DNA of 64,000 nucleotides from Lepidodermella squamata (lineage: Eukaryota; Animalia; Gastrotricha): contig JBLDXI010000031.1 of NCBI GenBank assembly GCA_047495785.1, positions 248,001-312,000 of the forward strand, read 5' to 3'. The notes under the pieces are model-generated. The model was not told the origin of the DNA and searched no databases. It saw only the letters and a program-made list of their open reading frames with translations. Positions within the stretch are counted from its first letter, which is position 1. Every line of letters starts with the position of its first letter. The position numbers and the translations under genes were made by a program. Positions 25,925 to 37,680 of the stretch are shown here, piece by piece.

Positions 25925-27550
25925 TCACATAGTATCCGAGGAAACTTCAGAGAATTCAGGGTTGTAGCAATCAGGATAGCAAATGGGAGCCGCCATATCC
26001 GGGACTATAGCCAACGCCTTCAAAGACCTATCCGGGAAGGACCTCTCCACGTCAAGGCCCTTCGGTGGTTTGTTGTACATAACCGTGAGATAATCATCCA
26101 CCGGAATCATTTTCCCCAGTGGTTTATCATCAACCAGTTTCTTCGCGCCTTCATACGATAAAATGTAGCCGACAGTCCAGGCTGAGGCACTAGGGTAAAC
26201 GATGTGCCTAGCATATTCGCTGTGGACGTAATCTTCAGGAATTTCGACATCATGCCGTCCACGACCGACGTAGATCAAATGCCAATCTTTCGCATATTGC
26301 CCAGCCTCGACTAGAGCTTCCAGCATGATTCGGACGAAATTAGGCCTAGGGGCGATGTCATCCTCCATGATGAAGACCTTTTCGTACCTTTTCTCCACAA
26401 CTTCCTGCCAAATGTTGTAATGGCTCAGGAAACAAGCGATTTCTCCAATTGTTAAATTTTTCCCTGAATTCCGATTGATATAACCCTCCAGCTGCCGAAC
26501 TCCCATGTTCGTGAGATCTTCTAACGTCAATTTGGAACCATCGACAGAATCGAAACGCCTGAATTCCAGTCCAAAAAGTTCGAAAAGCTTGTTCATCACT
26601 AATAGTCGATCGGGCCGCTTCGCAAGATTGACCATGTAAATTTCATCAAAGCCAAGTTTAGTCCTGGAAATCTCAAAGCCATGAAAAGCATTTGGCAAAA
26701 CTTCGAGTTGTTTTCGGTAAAAAGCGTGTTTAAAAACGTGTCTCGAAGTTAAGGACATAAGCCAGGTTTCTTGATAGCTCATATCCTCATTTGCTGGTCC
26801 AGTTGCATAGCCGAAAAAGTCATCGTTAACAATATATTTCTGTCCCATAATCTCACCGCCTGATAGAATGCTGTCGATAAAATTTATTTTGCTGATTTGT
26901 AACAAAAGTGCCGTGGATTGCTTCGAGAGATTCCGAACTTGAAAGATGCCCTGAATGTGACGGAGTCTTGCCAATCCAGTTTCCTCTTTCGAATTAAGCT
27001 CAAAATTCGTGTAGAAATTGCTCGAATTCAACATTGGTGACGTAATAGGCAAATTCAGCTCGATAAGCCGTGAAAGAGTGGCATTGTTGACCAATGTAAC
27101 ATCTTCGTCCAGCCGGAATAGATAATCAGCTTCGACTTCGTTTTCCAACAGGTATTTCAAAGCTTGTCGCTCGATGCCGTTGTTCAAAACAAAGTTGCCA
27201 TGTGATTGAATTTTCACCGATCGATATTTCCCGCGATTTGCCTCGAACCAAAATTTAAAAATTTCTGATTCAGACCCGGCTGATAGGCAGAGAAATAGAA
27301 TGATTCTAGACTTTGGGTAGTTGAGCCTCTCTAGGGCGCCGAGGAAATATGGCAAGCTAGCTGTTCGGTCGTTAGAAAGTGATGTAGCAATGCATACGAC
27401 TGGGTGAAAAGACTTTTGCAGAATTAGCCTCTCGAGCTGGCTGTTATCGTACGAATCAAGATTGCGATCGGCTGCCAATAAAATGATTAGTGAAAGCAAC
27501 GCCAGCAAGTTGATGGTTGCCGCTAATATTTGATAACGACGACTGATCAT
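25925..27550 (-). CDS. GT25-family glycosyltransferase, COLGALT-like paralog, intronless
   Basis: N-terminal hydrophobic anchor; LPYFLGALERLNYPK; ADYLFRLDEDV; KLGFDEIYMVNLAKRPDR; GEIACFLSHY; MEDD; IPVDDYL. Confidence 0.85.
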   Translation of the reverse strand: MISRRYQILAATINLLALLSLIILLAADRNLDSYDNSQLERLILQKSFHPVVCIATSLSNDRTASLPYFLGALERLNYPKSRIILFLCLSAGSESEIFKFWFEANRGKYRSVKIQSHGNFVLNNGIERQALKYLLENEVEADYLFRLDEDVTLVNNATLSRLIELNLPITSPMLNSSNFYTNFELNSKEETGLARLRHIQGIFQVRNLSKQSTALLLQISKINFIDSILSGGEIMGQKYIVNDDFFGYATGPANEDMSYQETWLMSLTSRHVFKHAFYRKQLEVLPNAFHGFEISRTKLGFDEIYMVNLAKRPDRLLVMNKLFELFGLEFRRFDSVDGSKLTLEDLTNMGVRQLEGYINRNSGKNLTIGEIACFLSHYNIWQEVVEKRYEKVFIMEDDIAPRPNFVRIMLEALVEAGQYAKDWHLIYVGRGRHDVEIPEDYVHSEYARHIVYPSASAWTVGYILSYEGAKKLVDDKPLGKMIPVDDYLTVMYNKPPKGLDVERSFPDRSLKALAIVPDMAAPICYPDCYNPEFSEVSSDTM

Positions 27551-28183
27551 TGTAAAATTAAGGAGGCTTCAAGTAAAAAAGAAAATTCACCAGGAGACTA
27601 TTTATTATTGAGGTTTTTTCAATGAATTAATGATAGTGATAATATGCGTGGCTCGTGCTTACTCTCATTGAGCAGTATTTTTTTAGTGGAATATTTTGTT
27701 GTAAATATCTCTGCCTGTTAAAGTACGAAATCAAATTTTCAAAAATAATATTTCCCGAGTGGACCTCAAACCCTATATATAATTTTAAACTGTTATTGTT
27801 ATTGTAATCGGGTTAGTGTTAGGTGTTATAGTTGCCTGCCCTTCTAACCCTGAAAGTAAATACAAATACAAATAATAATAATATAATAATAATAATAACA
27901 ACAATAATGATTTTGTTCTCCTCGATACATCTCTTCGATACTTCTATACCGTTTCCGATTTTGGAGAGAGCGAAGGCAGGCGAAAGATGGAAATCACCCA
28001 CCCTCACAGTTGAGTACCTTATTTGTGCCAAGAATTCGTTTTTTCAAGGGAGTTGACAGGCATGCGCCTTTCGTCTCGGTCAAACGATAGTAATTCAATC
28101 AATTGAAAATCAGAAATAATTTTAATTTGCAAATGCTGTTTTCAACCGGGTTTTCCTTTTTACCCCGTTCATCTCTTTTTGAT

Positions 28184-29515
28184 GCACATTTACGGATCCG
28201 CGGTGGTTTCCTCCGGTCACTAAAAAGCCTTGAAATGCTAGTTTTCTCTAACAATTAATTGCTCGCACGCTATTGGTCGATTCAAAAATGAGCGCGGGAG
28301 TCGCATTAATGCCGCTGCGAAACAAAATAGCCGTCGACTTCACAGATTCATGGTTAGTAGTGCTTAAAATAGGATTTTTTGTGAAAATGATTGGAACAAA
28401 TAAAAAAATTCAAAAAACCCAAATTCCAGTGAAATCAATAATTGAAAAAATGAGCAAAGGCTGTGTTTTTTCACCCTAATGTTAACATTTCGCCTTTAAC
28501 TCCTAACTGAAAATTAGAATTAGGTAATTGACAAAAACCACCCAAATCGATCGCCAAAAAATTCAACGAAAATTGTCAATGGAACGCGCGAAAAAACTGG
28601 ACCCAAAATTCAGCTGATCTTGCTGATGAAATAAAAAAGACTAAATTGTTTTCACCGCCCTTATCTTGAACACAGCTTTTTGTTGTTTTCAGGTGAACTG
28701 CGAATTTCGAATATCAATAATTGTTTCATAATTCGAGATTCAGTTTTTTCGTTGTTCAAGGGCGAGGTTGTCATTTCAAGTCATTACAGTATGGCAGTTC
28801 ACGTTCATTCGCGCTTTCTTGGCAATAGTTTTTTCCCTGCAGTGGTAATACCACATAGCAATAAAACTTGCTCACGCTATTTTTTGCAACACACACACAC
28901 AATAATTAATTAGGTCACTACAACATGAATTTATGAATGGCTTGCAGTCATCAGCTCAGAGTACATTGCGATCATCTTACCGTTATTTCGAGAAAAATGA
29001 ACGATAAAACTGAGCCTTGGAAATGAAAAAAATAGGGCTAGCACTTTACGCCGTTCAATTGAAAATTTAAACTAATGTGGAGACTATCGATCAGTAAATG
29101 GAAATTAGGTAATTATTTATGATTTTGCAAAATGCCGTGACATTTTTTGCATCAAAGTGGTTTAAATTGCTTGCAAATCGAAGCCTTATTTTCTCCAATA
29201 ATTTATTGCTAAATTTTCGAATTTCTTTCGAAATTTATTTTTTATTTCTTTGTGAAGTAATTCTCACAAAACTAATTTTTTTCAGTTGTGAGAATGTGGC
29301 TCTTACCACGTAATATTTGCGTCGGTCTTGACTATTAGCCACAAGCCACAAATCTGTTAAGTCGACTGTTATTTTGTTTCACAGTGGCATTAGTGCGACT
29401 CCCGCGCTAATTTTTGAATCGGCCAATCGCGTGCGAGAAAATAATTGTTATGGGAAACTAGCCTTTCCTGATCTTTTAGTGGCCGGAGGAAACCACCGCG
29501 GATCCGTAAATGTGC
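28184..29515. mobile_element. Non-autonomous Mutator/MULE-like DNA transposon
   Basis: About 42-bp TIR GCACATTTACGGATCCGCGGTGGTTTCCTCCGG(T/C)CACTAAAA; perfect 9-bp TSD CTTTTTGAT (28175-28183 and 29516-29524); no transposase. Confidence 0.85.
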
Positions 29516-31308
29516 CTTTTTGATTTGTGGGTTAGGTACGTTTTTCTTCGGCGATAACTTCCATAACAATGCAATGTGTAGACTTCTTTTGGTCCAATCT
29601 ATCCCGAACAAAACTGTGCACACTGTTGAAGAGTTTTTTGGGTTCGCATTATTTTTTACGGTTTTTGTGGCTATTTTTTCATAGCCAATAGCCAACGATG
29701 ATTCATTCAATCATTGGGAGGTTTCATTTCTGTTATTGGAGTATTTGTAAATTAAGTAGGGGTAATAAAAATTTCAGTGTGATTTTTCACCGACAGGGAC
29801 TTCGAGGCACTTGGGAGGTCGTCCGCGTTTTCGAGGCGTCTTTGACAATGACCCGCACTTTCGCAGCAACAGGCTGCAGTTCGCATTTTAGCGCGGCCTC
29901 AACTAACTTCAAATTCGCATCCTCGCAAAATGACCAATAAAGCGATTTTTTGGGTGCATTCTTATGGCAGGTTTTGCAGACGCCCGGTGGTAGTTTCATG
30001 TTCTAGAACAAAAGCAAAAAAATAACGAAGCAAAATTACCAAAAAAAATTAATAATAAAATTAAAATCATTAAGTATTAAAAAATGCTGAAAAAAGTGTA
30101 GCCGTTTGCAAGTACAGGGTGTTTCATAAAAAACCGAACTCCTATAAAAATGTACTGCTGCTGCGCGTTATCGATTTTTTGCGCTAGCGCATTTTTTTCT
30201 TCAAAATTGCACCAAAACCGCACGGTCACCGCAAATTTTACGCATTTCTCCGAGAGAAAGCCATGCGGTAGCGGCAACCAAAATAGCGGTGTTTCAGGCT
30301 CATTTTCTGTTATAGTGTGAGATTTACACGGTGAAATCAAAATTCCTCCGGTGAATTTGTAAATTTTTTCACAATCTACATTTTCAGCTAAGGTCTTACG
30401 GCTTTTATCCCAGGTCTTACGGTTACGAAAATTCGTTAGTGACATTTCGTTAGGAGCTTCTCTGTTACCAAAAATTCAATTTTTGTATCAAAATCAGCTG
30501 ATAAACTGCCATTTTTTATTGATCTCATGGCCCCTTTCAAACACACCGCGACGAAGTCTGAAATCTGACCTTTCGCCCTGGGCATCGATCCCGACTGGGA
30601 AGCAGACTGAAGCCTGTCCGCGCCGGGGTCTGCCCGGATTACGCTAAATCGAATTCGAACAAATATCGCAAGAGTGGATAGAGTGGATACAGGCAAGGGC
30701 AGTGTCAACCCGAGTGCGGCGGAGAGAAAAATAGGTAGGTCAGTGTATTTTTGTGCACGTCTAACTCCGCCGGGCTCGGGCATCGGGCATAGGACAGTCC
30801 AAGTACGGCGAGAACCCAACGTTTTCGCCGTGCTCGGGCCGATACCTCCACTGGCACGTGTGCAGTTTTTCCTAAATCATTGTGCACGACATCGCGAGCT
30901 TTGCCATCGTAATAAGCTCTAACGGTGTCAAGAAAATACCGTAATTGGCATAACTCTTGAGGCCCAGCGCATACATCACCCTGAACAAGTCGTCTAATAG
31001 TGGAAATGGAGTCGTTAAACATTAAAGCAAGGGCTATGCAGAGATGCTGCGCGGCTCGCTTATTGACACCACGCAGCGCTGTCGTGCTTCTCCGGCCTGT
31101 TCACCAAAAGTCATGCCATTGTAAGACCAAGAATCATGAGCCGTTGCATGTTTGGACGAGATTCTGAAAAATGAACCCCCAGATCGAAACGAGGAAATTA
31201 TATCCCGAAAAAGGGATTTCAAATTATTGAAGCGTCTTAGATCTTTTTTATGATTCAAGATCGTCTTCAGCTCAGCAGAAGAGGCTGAAAAACTCAGGAC
31301 TGCCGGAA

Positions 31309-32559
31309 GGGTGTTTTTTTTTATTCGACCCGGCTTGCCCGCGCCCGCACTGCCCGCACACGTTCATTTATTCCGCCCAGACCGCCCGAACAACCACGGG
31401 CGCCCGAACACATTTTTTTATTAGCCCGGCTTGCCCGCACTCTACACATCGCCCATAACGCCCGGCCTCTCAAGACCGGGCAGCTGCGGGAAAATGATCA
31501 CGCACGCGATTCGAAGCAGCAAAAAATTGCAAAAAACACTTAATATGAGTGATAAAGCAGTGCAAGTGATTTTATTTCTGCTGCTGAATAATAATTCAGG
31601 AAACCATAAAATAAATAATGCAAATAATTTAAAAATAATTATGGTCAATAAGAAGTACGGAAAAATCGCAGCGATTGATCGATCGCAGCGCGGGTGGGTA
31701 TTTCACCTCAATTTATCTCAAATGGCCCCGCATTAGAATTGCTTTAAATTATTTTTCCTTTCCGGTATCGAACCGAGAGATGTGAAATTTAGATCGATTT
31801 TCATCGTAGATTCGGGCATCGAATCACAATAGCAGTGATAGAAGAATACCAAAAGTCTAAACCCGTATTAATTATCAAATTTTAATAATGCTGCATTTAA
31901 AAGCCTTTAATTAATGTTAATTAATGTAATTTTGAATTCAAAATTCCAGCCTCCGTTCAAAATTTTACAAAATTTCATGACAAATTTAGAACATTGTTGA
32001 ATGATTGAGAATCATATGAGATCGAATTTATCCAGATCCGAAGCGAGTTGGACACCTGAATTAAACTATGCGTGGCGAATGACCTTGACCAGGTTGACCA
32101 GGCCTGTTTCAGAAAATTTAAATTGCTGAAGAATGGCAATTTGCGATCAGAAATATCATATGAAATCAACTGTACTCGGTCACATTTCATTAAATAATCC
32201 TGTAGATTTTATCCTTCCTAATTAAGCAAGAGAATAATTTTCTCCCTTGGTTTGTGAACATAAGCATGAATCAGCAATCGCAGTAAGAAATCGCCAAAAT
32301 AAGTGTTATTAGCTCTAGAGCCCGATGACGTTTTTTTACTCGCCCGTGTTTCCCAGCTCGCCCGCGTAGAAGTTGTATTGATAAAAAAATGTTTTCGGGC
32401 CGCCCGCACAGCCCGGATTTTTTTATTCACGTCGCCCGGAAGAAAAATCCGGGGAATAAAAAAATGTACACGCGCCCGCAAAGCCCGGATTTTTTTATTG
32501 CTCGCCCGTACAATCCGCCGGATCTCCCCGGGCGCAGTGGGGAATAAAAAAAAACACCC
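31309..32559. mobile_element. Non-autonomous PIF/Harbinger-like element
   Basis: 18-bp TIR GGGTGTTTTTTTTTATTC; 3-bp TSD GAA; GCCCG subterminal repeats at both ends. Confidence 0.75.
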
Positions 32560-32590
32560 GAAGGGTAGCTATAGGCCCCTGCATCAACAA

Positions 32591-33142
32591 ATGTACAATC
32601 TCATGTCCGAGTCACACAAAGCATCCCACGATGCTTTGTGTGACAAGGTTGGAACCATATCGTCGAAAATTGCCCGGTGTCAGCCAGGCTGGGTAAAAAT
32701 GCAGGACCACCAGAGGAACTGAATAAACTGAGAATCTGCGCCAAATGCGGCGAAAAGGCCACCACAACAAAGAGCGCTGTGTTGATACATTTCGTTGCGC
32801 AAATTGCGGTAGCTTTTGCTAGGCGACTATTCAGGTGAAATACACTTGAAATATGGTTTATCGCATATGTACAATCTCATGTCCGAGTCACACAAAGCAT
32901 CCCACGATGCTTTGTGTGACAAGGTTGGAACCATATCGTCGAAAATTGCCCGGTGTCAGCCAGGCTGGGTAAAAATGCAGGACCACCAGAGGAACTGAAT
33001 AAACTGAGAATCTGCGCCAAATGCGGCGAAAAGGCCACCACAACAAAGAGCGCTGTGTTGATACATTTCGTTGCGCAAATTGCGGTAGCTTTTGCTAGGC
33101 GACTATTCAGGTGAAATACACTTGAAATATGGTTTATCGCAT
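32591..33142. repeat. Direct tandem duplication, 2 x 276 bp
   Basis: 32591-32866 and 32867-33142 read identical (ATGTACAATCTC...GTTTATCGCAT). Confidence 0.9.
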
Positions 33143-34040
33143 AGAGAATAGAGTTACCAGAGATGAAACTCCTATTGGAAACTTGAAGTTTTAATTCTTT
33201 TGCCGATTTCGTAAATTTTCATTATGGCGGATCTTTTTTAAACTCACGCATGCATGTTTACATGTAAAAAAGGGTGTTTTTCAACGCGCTATACCCACTA
33301 TCCCCCATCATAGAATTTTTATTTTTTTATTTTAATCGAAGGGGATCGGTTTCAACTTCAACCAGTTCAAAGGAATCGGCTGGGAAATGAATGGTTTTGA
33401 CGCCATAGCGGTTTTCCCGAAGGTCACTTTTTGTGGGTTCAAAAATAGGTGTTTTCGGCTTGGCCCCACGGCCACATCCTTGATCGGACCATCGTTTTCT
33501 TTGGTGGAAATGATAGACTTGAGTCCATATTATCACCATGTGAAATGAGTTGTTTACCAAAGCCGCCGTTCAAAAATTATTCATGGGTTTCAGAAGCATT
33601 TTTTCGGAATTCTGTTATTGAATATATGGCAAAGTGCAGAGGCTGAAATCGATGCTAAGTTTTTTTTCAAATTTTTTGAAAGCAACCTACGAAATTTCTC
33701 AATTTTTTTTAATACGAAGCGCGAACGCGTTTTCACATGCGGAATGACGTCTGGAATGACGGCTGGGTGGTTTAGGTATAAGCATGTAAACCAAAAAAAT
33801 GCTTCTGAAACCCATGAATAATTTTTGAACGGCGGCTTTGGTAAACAACTCATTTCACATGGTGATAATATGGACTCAAGTCTATCATTTCCACCAAAGA
33901 AAACGATGGTCCGATCAAGGATGTGGCCGTGGGGCCAAGCCGAAAACACCTATTTTTGAACCCACAAAAAGTAAAAAAATAAAAAAATAAAAATTCTATG
34001 ATGGGGGATAGTGGGTATAGCGGTAACTCTATTCTCTATG
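33140..34040. mobile_element. P-element/hAT-like foldback MITE
   Basis: 19-bp TIR CATAGAGAATAGAGTTACC; 8-bp TSD GTTTATCG; internal inverted arms of about 179 bp (33426-33604 and 33794-33972). Confidence 0.85.
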
Positions 34041-35374
34041 GTTTATCGTTTGTGAAAAAATTGTGGCTTATTGTGGCAAAAAAGTGGAACATTTTGGTTT
34101 GAAATGAAATGGAGATTCGCTTAATTATTTTTTTGACTGAAATTTATTTATTTTATTATTTATTTATTTAGAAGCTATTACACCCAAAGAGGGAAGCTTG
34201 ACAAAGTATAAGGAAAACAACATATAATTGCAGGACAGGATCACATTTAGGACAAGAAAGGTGTTGTAGAAGAAACAAAGTTATAGAATTAGGATTAGAA
34301 ATACACATCAATGTGTATATATAATATTGATAGGTAATAGTAAAACTCGCAACAATTTCGGCATTTCAGCAGTATAAAAATAAAGTGTATTCAGTCAGGT
34401 CCATTTCAGTATCAGGAATTAAAGTAAAGAATCACAACAAAGTGTATCAAAATTAAATCAGAACAAAAATGATGATCACTGGGATAATTTAGCGGCCTTC
34501 ATTCCGTAGAAGTACTGGTAAACTACCTCGCGACAATTCTTGGCCGTTTCAGATTGCTGTGCCTCAAGAGGAAGTTGGTTCCATAAATTGGGTCCTCGAT
34601 AACTTAGACTCAAAGTACCGCGCAGAGAATCGTAAGTCGGTTTGAACATTGGTTCGAAGTTGCGCATGTCGTATTGGGTCGGTTCGTTCAGTTTGCCTGC
34701 ATCGCTGTTGGCGCTTGTCCGTTAACACATTTGCAGACGAAAGTCGCCAGATGAATCGCGTGCTTTTGGTGCACCGTTACCCATCCGAGGCGATGCCGAA
34801 GCGGTTCAGGATCCGCGAGTTGGTTGGCACCACAAATAATCTTCACCGCTTTATCCTGGGTCGACTGAAGTCTGCTAAGCGTTGTTGGCACAGCCTGGCC
34901 TAGTGTAATATCGTTCGTGTTGCGACGTAAGAGACCTCGTTAGGCAGTACTTTCATGCTGTTTGTAATAAAATACTTGGTACTGGTATAGCTACTTTTTA
35001 TTTGCCGGTAATAGCATCATTATTGCGGCGCATCCGATACCGAGCGGTTAAAACGCCTACCAGAATGCGTACTGCACACAAACGCTTCAGACAATTTCTC
35101 CGTTATCATGGCTAAATTCTTAAGATCAACCCAATTTATCTCTATCTTCCTTATTTCATAATCGTTCCGTTGGAGCGTAGTCTAGGATAATTCCATCAAT
35201 TTTTCTCAAAATCCATAGGCTAAATTCATAGGGTAAACTCTCTCTCTCTCTCTCTTATGTTCCACTTATTTTTCAAACATGACCAGAGTCTGCGTTTGAA
35301 TGGGCATACTTTCATAGTTTCCCATTCCCGGAGAATTTCCCAGGAATTATGGACCAGCTGAGCCAATGTTTCTA

Positions 35375-35845
35375 CTGATTCTGATTCTGATTCTGATTTT
35401 ATTATGCATTTTGTTTCACAACAGTTAGCAATAGGTTAGTTCTCGGCGCCTCGCCTCAGAGGTCGTAAAATCCACTAGTTCATCTGACTTAGATTTAAGA
35501 TATCGCAGAAACACAGTATGAGAATTATTGACAATACTTGAGGGCAGCCGGTTCCACGCTGCGCGTACACGCCTTGTAAAGCTGAACTGAGAGCTCGGAT
35601 GTTCAAATCGTTTCATCACAACAGCATGAGCTGGTAAACGGGGATTTGAAGATATTTTGAAGAATGTAGAAAAGCTAGCATCCACACAGCCTAGGTACAT
35701 TTTATGGCATAGCGCAAGGTCATGTTGAAAGCGTCTGATTTCAAGAGGACACAGTCCTAGTTTTTTACATCTTTCATAATACGAGGCACCGTCAATCGAT
35801 GAATAGTAGTCACTTCTATACAAAAGGCGTTTAGTGAACCGGGCT
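35375..35845 (-). mobile_element. 5'-truncated CR1-like LINE 3' end
   Basis: YYERCKKLGLCPLEIRRFQHDL...FSFTRRVRAAWNRLP C-terminal motif; (TCAGAA)n tail. Confidence 0.8.
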
Positions 35846-36759
35846 ACTATTCAGCCCTTAAATCATGAAACTGCTAAGAAAGGACTTTTTACGCTATTGG
35901 TTTTAATATAATTTGCGGTTATCCTTCTCCATTATCTCGCATTTTGATATCCTTCTTAAATTTTTCGCTTGAAAAAGCGGTCACATCTTTTTCTGATCAA
36001 TCGAATTTCATGTTTATCAAATATGAGCAGTTGATCTGTTGCAACAAACTGAACTAAAACCTTGCCCGAAGCTCGCGGAATCGCTGAGATTTGCAGCTAC
36101 ACGAGGTCAATAGTAGAATCACACAAAGTTAACGAAGTTGGTAGCATTCAAGAATTGCTAGGATGACTTGTATTCCTGCATCCTAAGAAAGATAGCGGAT
36201 TGTCTTGATAATGTGATCTGGTTAGCAATTAGCAACGAAACCGCCGTATTTGAGGAATGCTTGACATGCAACTCGCTTGACATTATTCGTATACGACAAA
36301 ACGTGATCCACCATTCCAGTTTGGGTTTCACGATTTTTGCGCGGACTTCTTACGGAAATACTACGTCACATTTATTCCGATGGTGCCGTCATCGATTCTT
36401 GAAAATTACTAGTTCATTTCGGTTTTAAGTGATACATTTTCAGAAATCTTTACAGACCGCTTGTTTCCTAATTGCGAAACTTCAAAGATTTATCCGCTAA
36501 AGCTTCCATGGACGAGATCTACTTCCAGTAATATTACGTGTTCACAAATATCATTCTATAATTTATCGTAGAATCAAAGGAGTTTTTTTAGAATGGCTCA
36601 TTCTAAAATAGCTAATAATGATTCATTACTATCTTATTCCAATATCTCCCGAAGCTATCTAATTGTACATCTAATAGTACAGTAATATTACATCCAATTA
36701 GCTGTATTAAATTTTAATTTCTACATTGTTGATAGGATTATTTTACTTAACCGAACCAC

Positions 36760-37680
36760 TAATGATCGACGCTAACAATCCCGCCCTCCAACCCGGCGAA
36801 ATCATCAAATATTGGGGAACCGATTTCTCGGCCCTGATCGACTTCGATACCGCATCGGCTATCAGCAATCTGAATAAGAACTTGAATAAACTTGTCGCAT
36901 GCACCTGGTTTCGCGGAGATCAAAAGCTCACGCGGCTGAACCAGTAAGTTTGGCCAACCCTCGTGTACCCTCTACAAACCGCACCGCTGAACAAGCTGCC
37001 GCGATCATGCCTGGAGAATGTGGACAAGATAGTCAGATCAGCCGTGAAGGGAGTGCTACTCCTGCCAACCCCGACACCCGACGCATTCCTTTACGCCGCC
37101 AGGCGCTGCCGCGGACTCGCAATCAGGCGAGCATCGTGGGAGGCGTTCATCCAACACTACGCTATTTGCATGAAGCTTGCCTCGATCAACAACGACCAAC
37201 TCGAGAAAGCTGACCCTACCCGACGACCGCCAGGCAACGAGCCGCGATCTCAGGAAACCGAAACGCGATTCGTGTTTTAAGGAGTGGTGTTCGAAACCCA
37301 CAGGTGAGGGCGCTGTGTTGTTCATGGAATATCGCGCGGGTAACAACCTGATCCTGAATAAAACCGGCCTCTCGTCGAGCGAGTACACCTGCGCAATTAA
37401 GATGACGGCGAGATCTGTGTCAGTGAGAAGCAGTAAGTTTGCTGCAAGCGACGGGACCACCACTGCGGCGCTGAGAAAGAAACTCTTGGTCATGTCCTCG
37501 GCGCTTGTCATTTCAACTCGCTGATGATCACCAGTCGTCATGATAAAATCCGCTCGATGATCGCTACGGCACTACGGAAGAACGGGATGAAAGTGCACGA
37601 GGTAAGTCGCGGTAAAGGAGACAGACGGCGCGTGGAGACGAGTCGACATCATCGCGTACGATCCGAGGACGAAGGAGGGA
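36760..37680 (+). mobile_element. Degenerate R2/NeSL-superfamily (restriction-like endonuclease) non-LTR retrotransposon fragment
   Basis: IKYWG; QKL..LNQ; TPDAFLYA..RCRGLAI; across frameshifts CG.EKETLGHVLGAC (CCHC knuckle), RHDKIR and RVDIIAYD. Confidence 0.8.

Noticed and set aside
27810-27910. GGGTTAG/CTAACCC motifs next to an (AAT)n run, suggesting an interstitial telomere
   Set aside because: Single motif copies plus a plain microsatellite.
29700-31305. Coding-like minus-strand fragments (29787-29999, 30705-31022, 31034-31258) and a lone TA-CAGGGTGTTTCA end at 30113
   Set aside because: No recognisable motifs, no consistent splice model and no partner TIR; left unresolved.
33449-33949. 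Identical 53-aa peptide predicted on both strands
   Set aside because: Caused by the 179-bp inverted arms of the foldback MITE.
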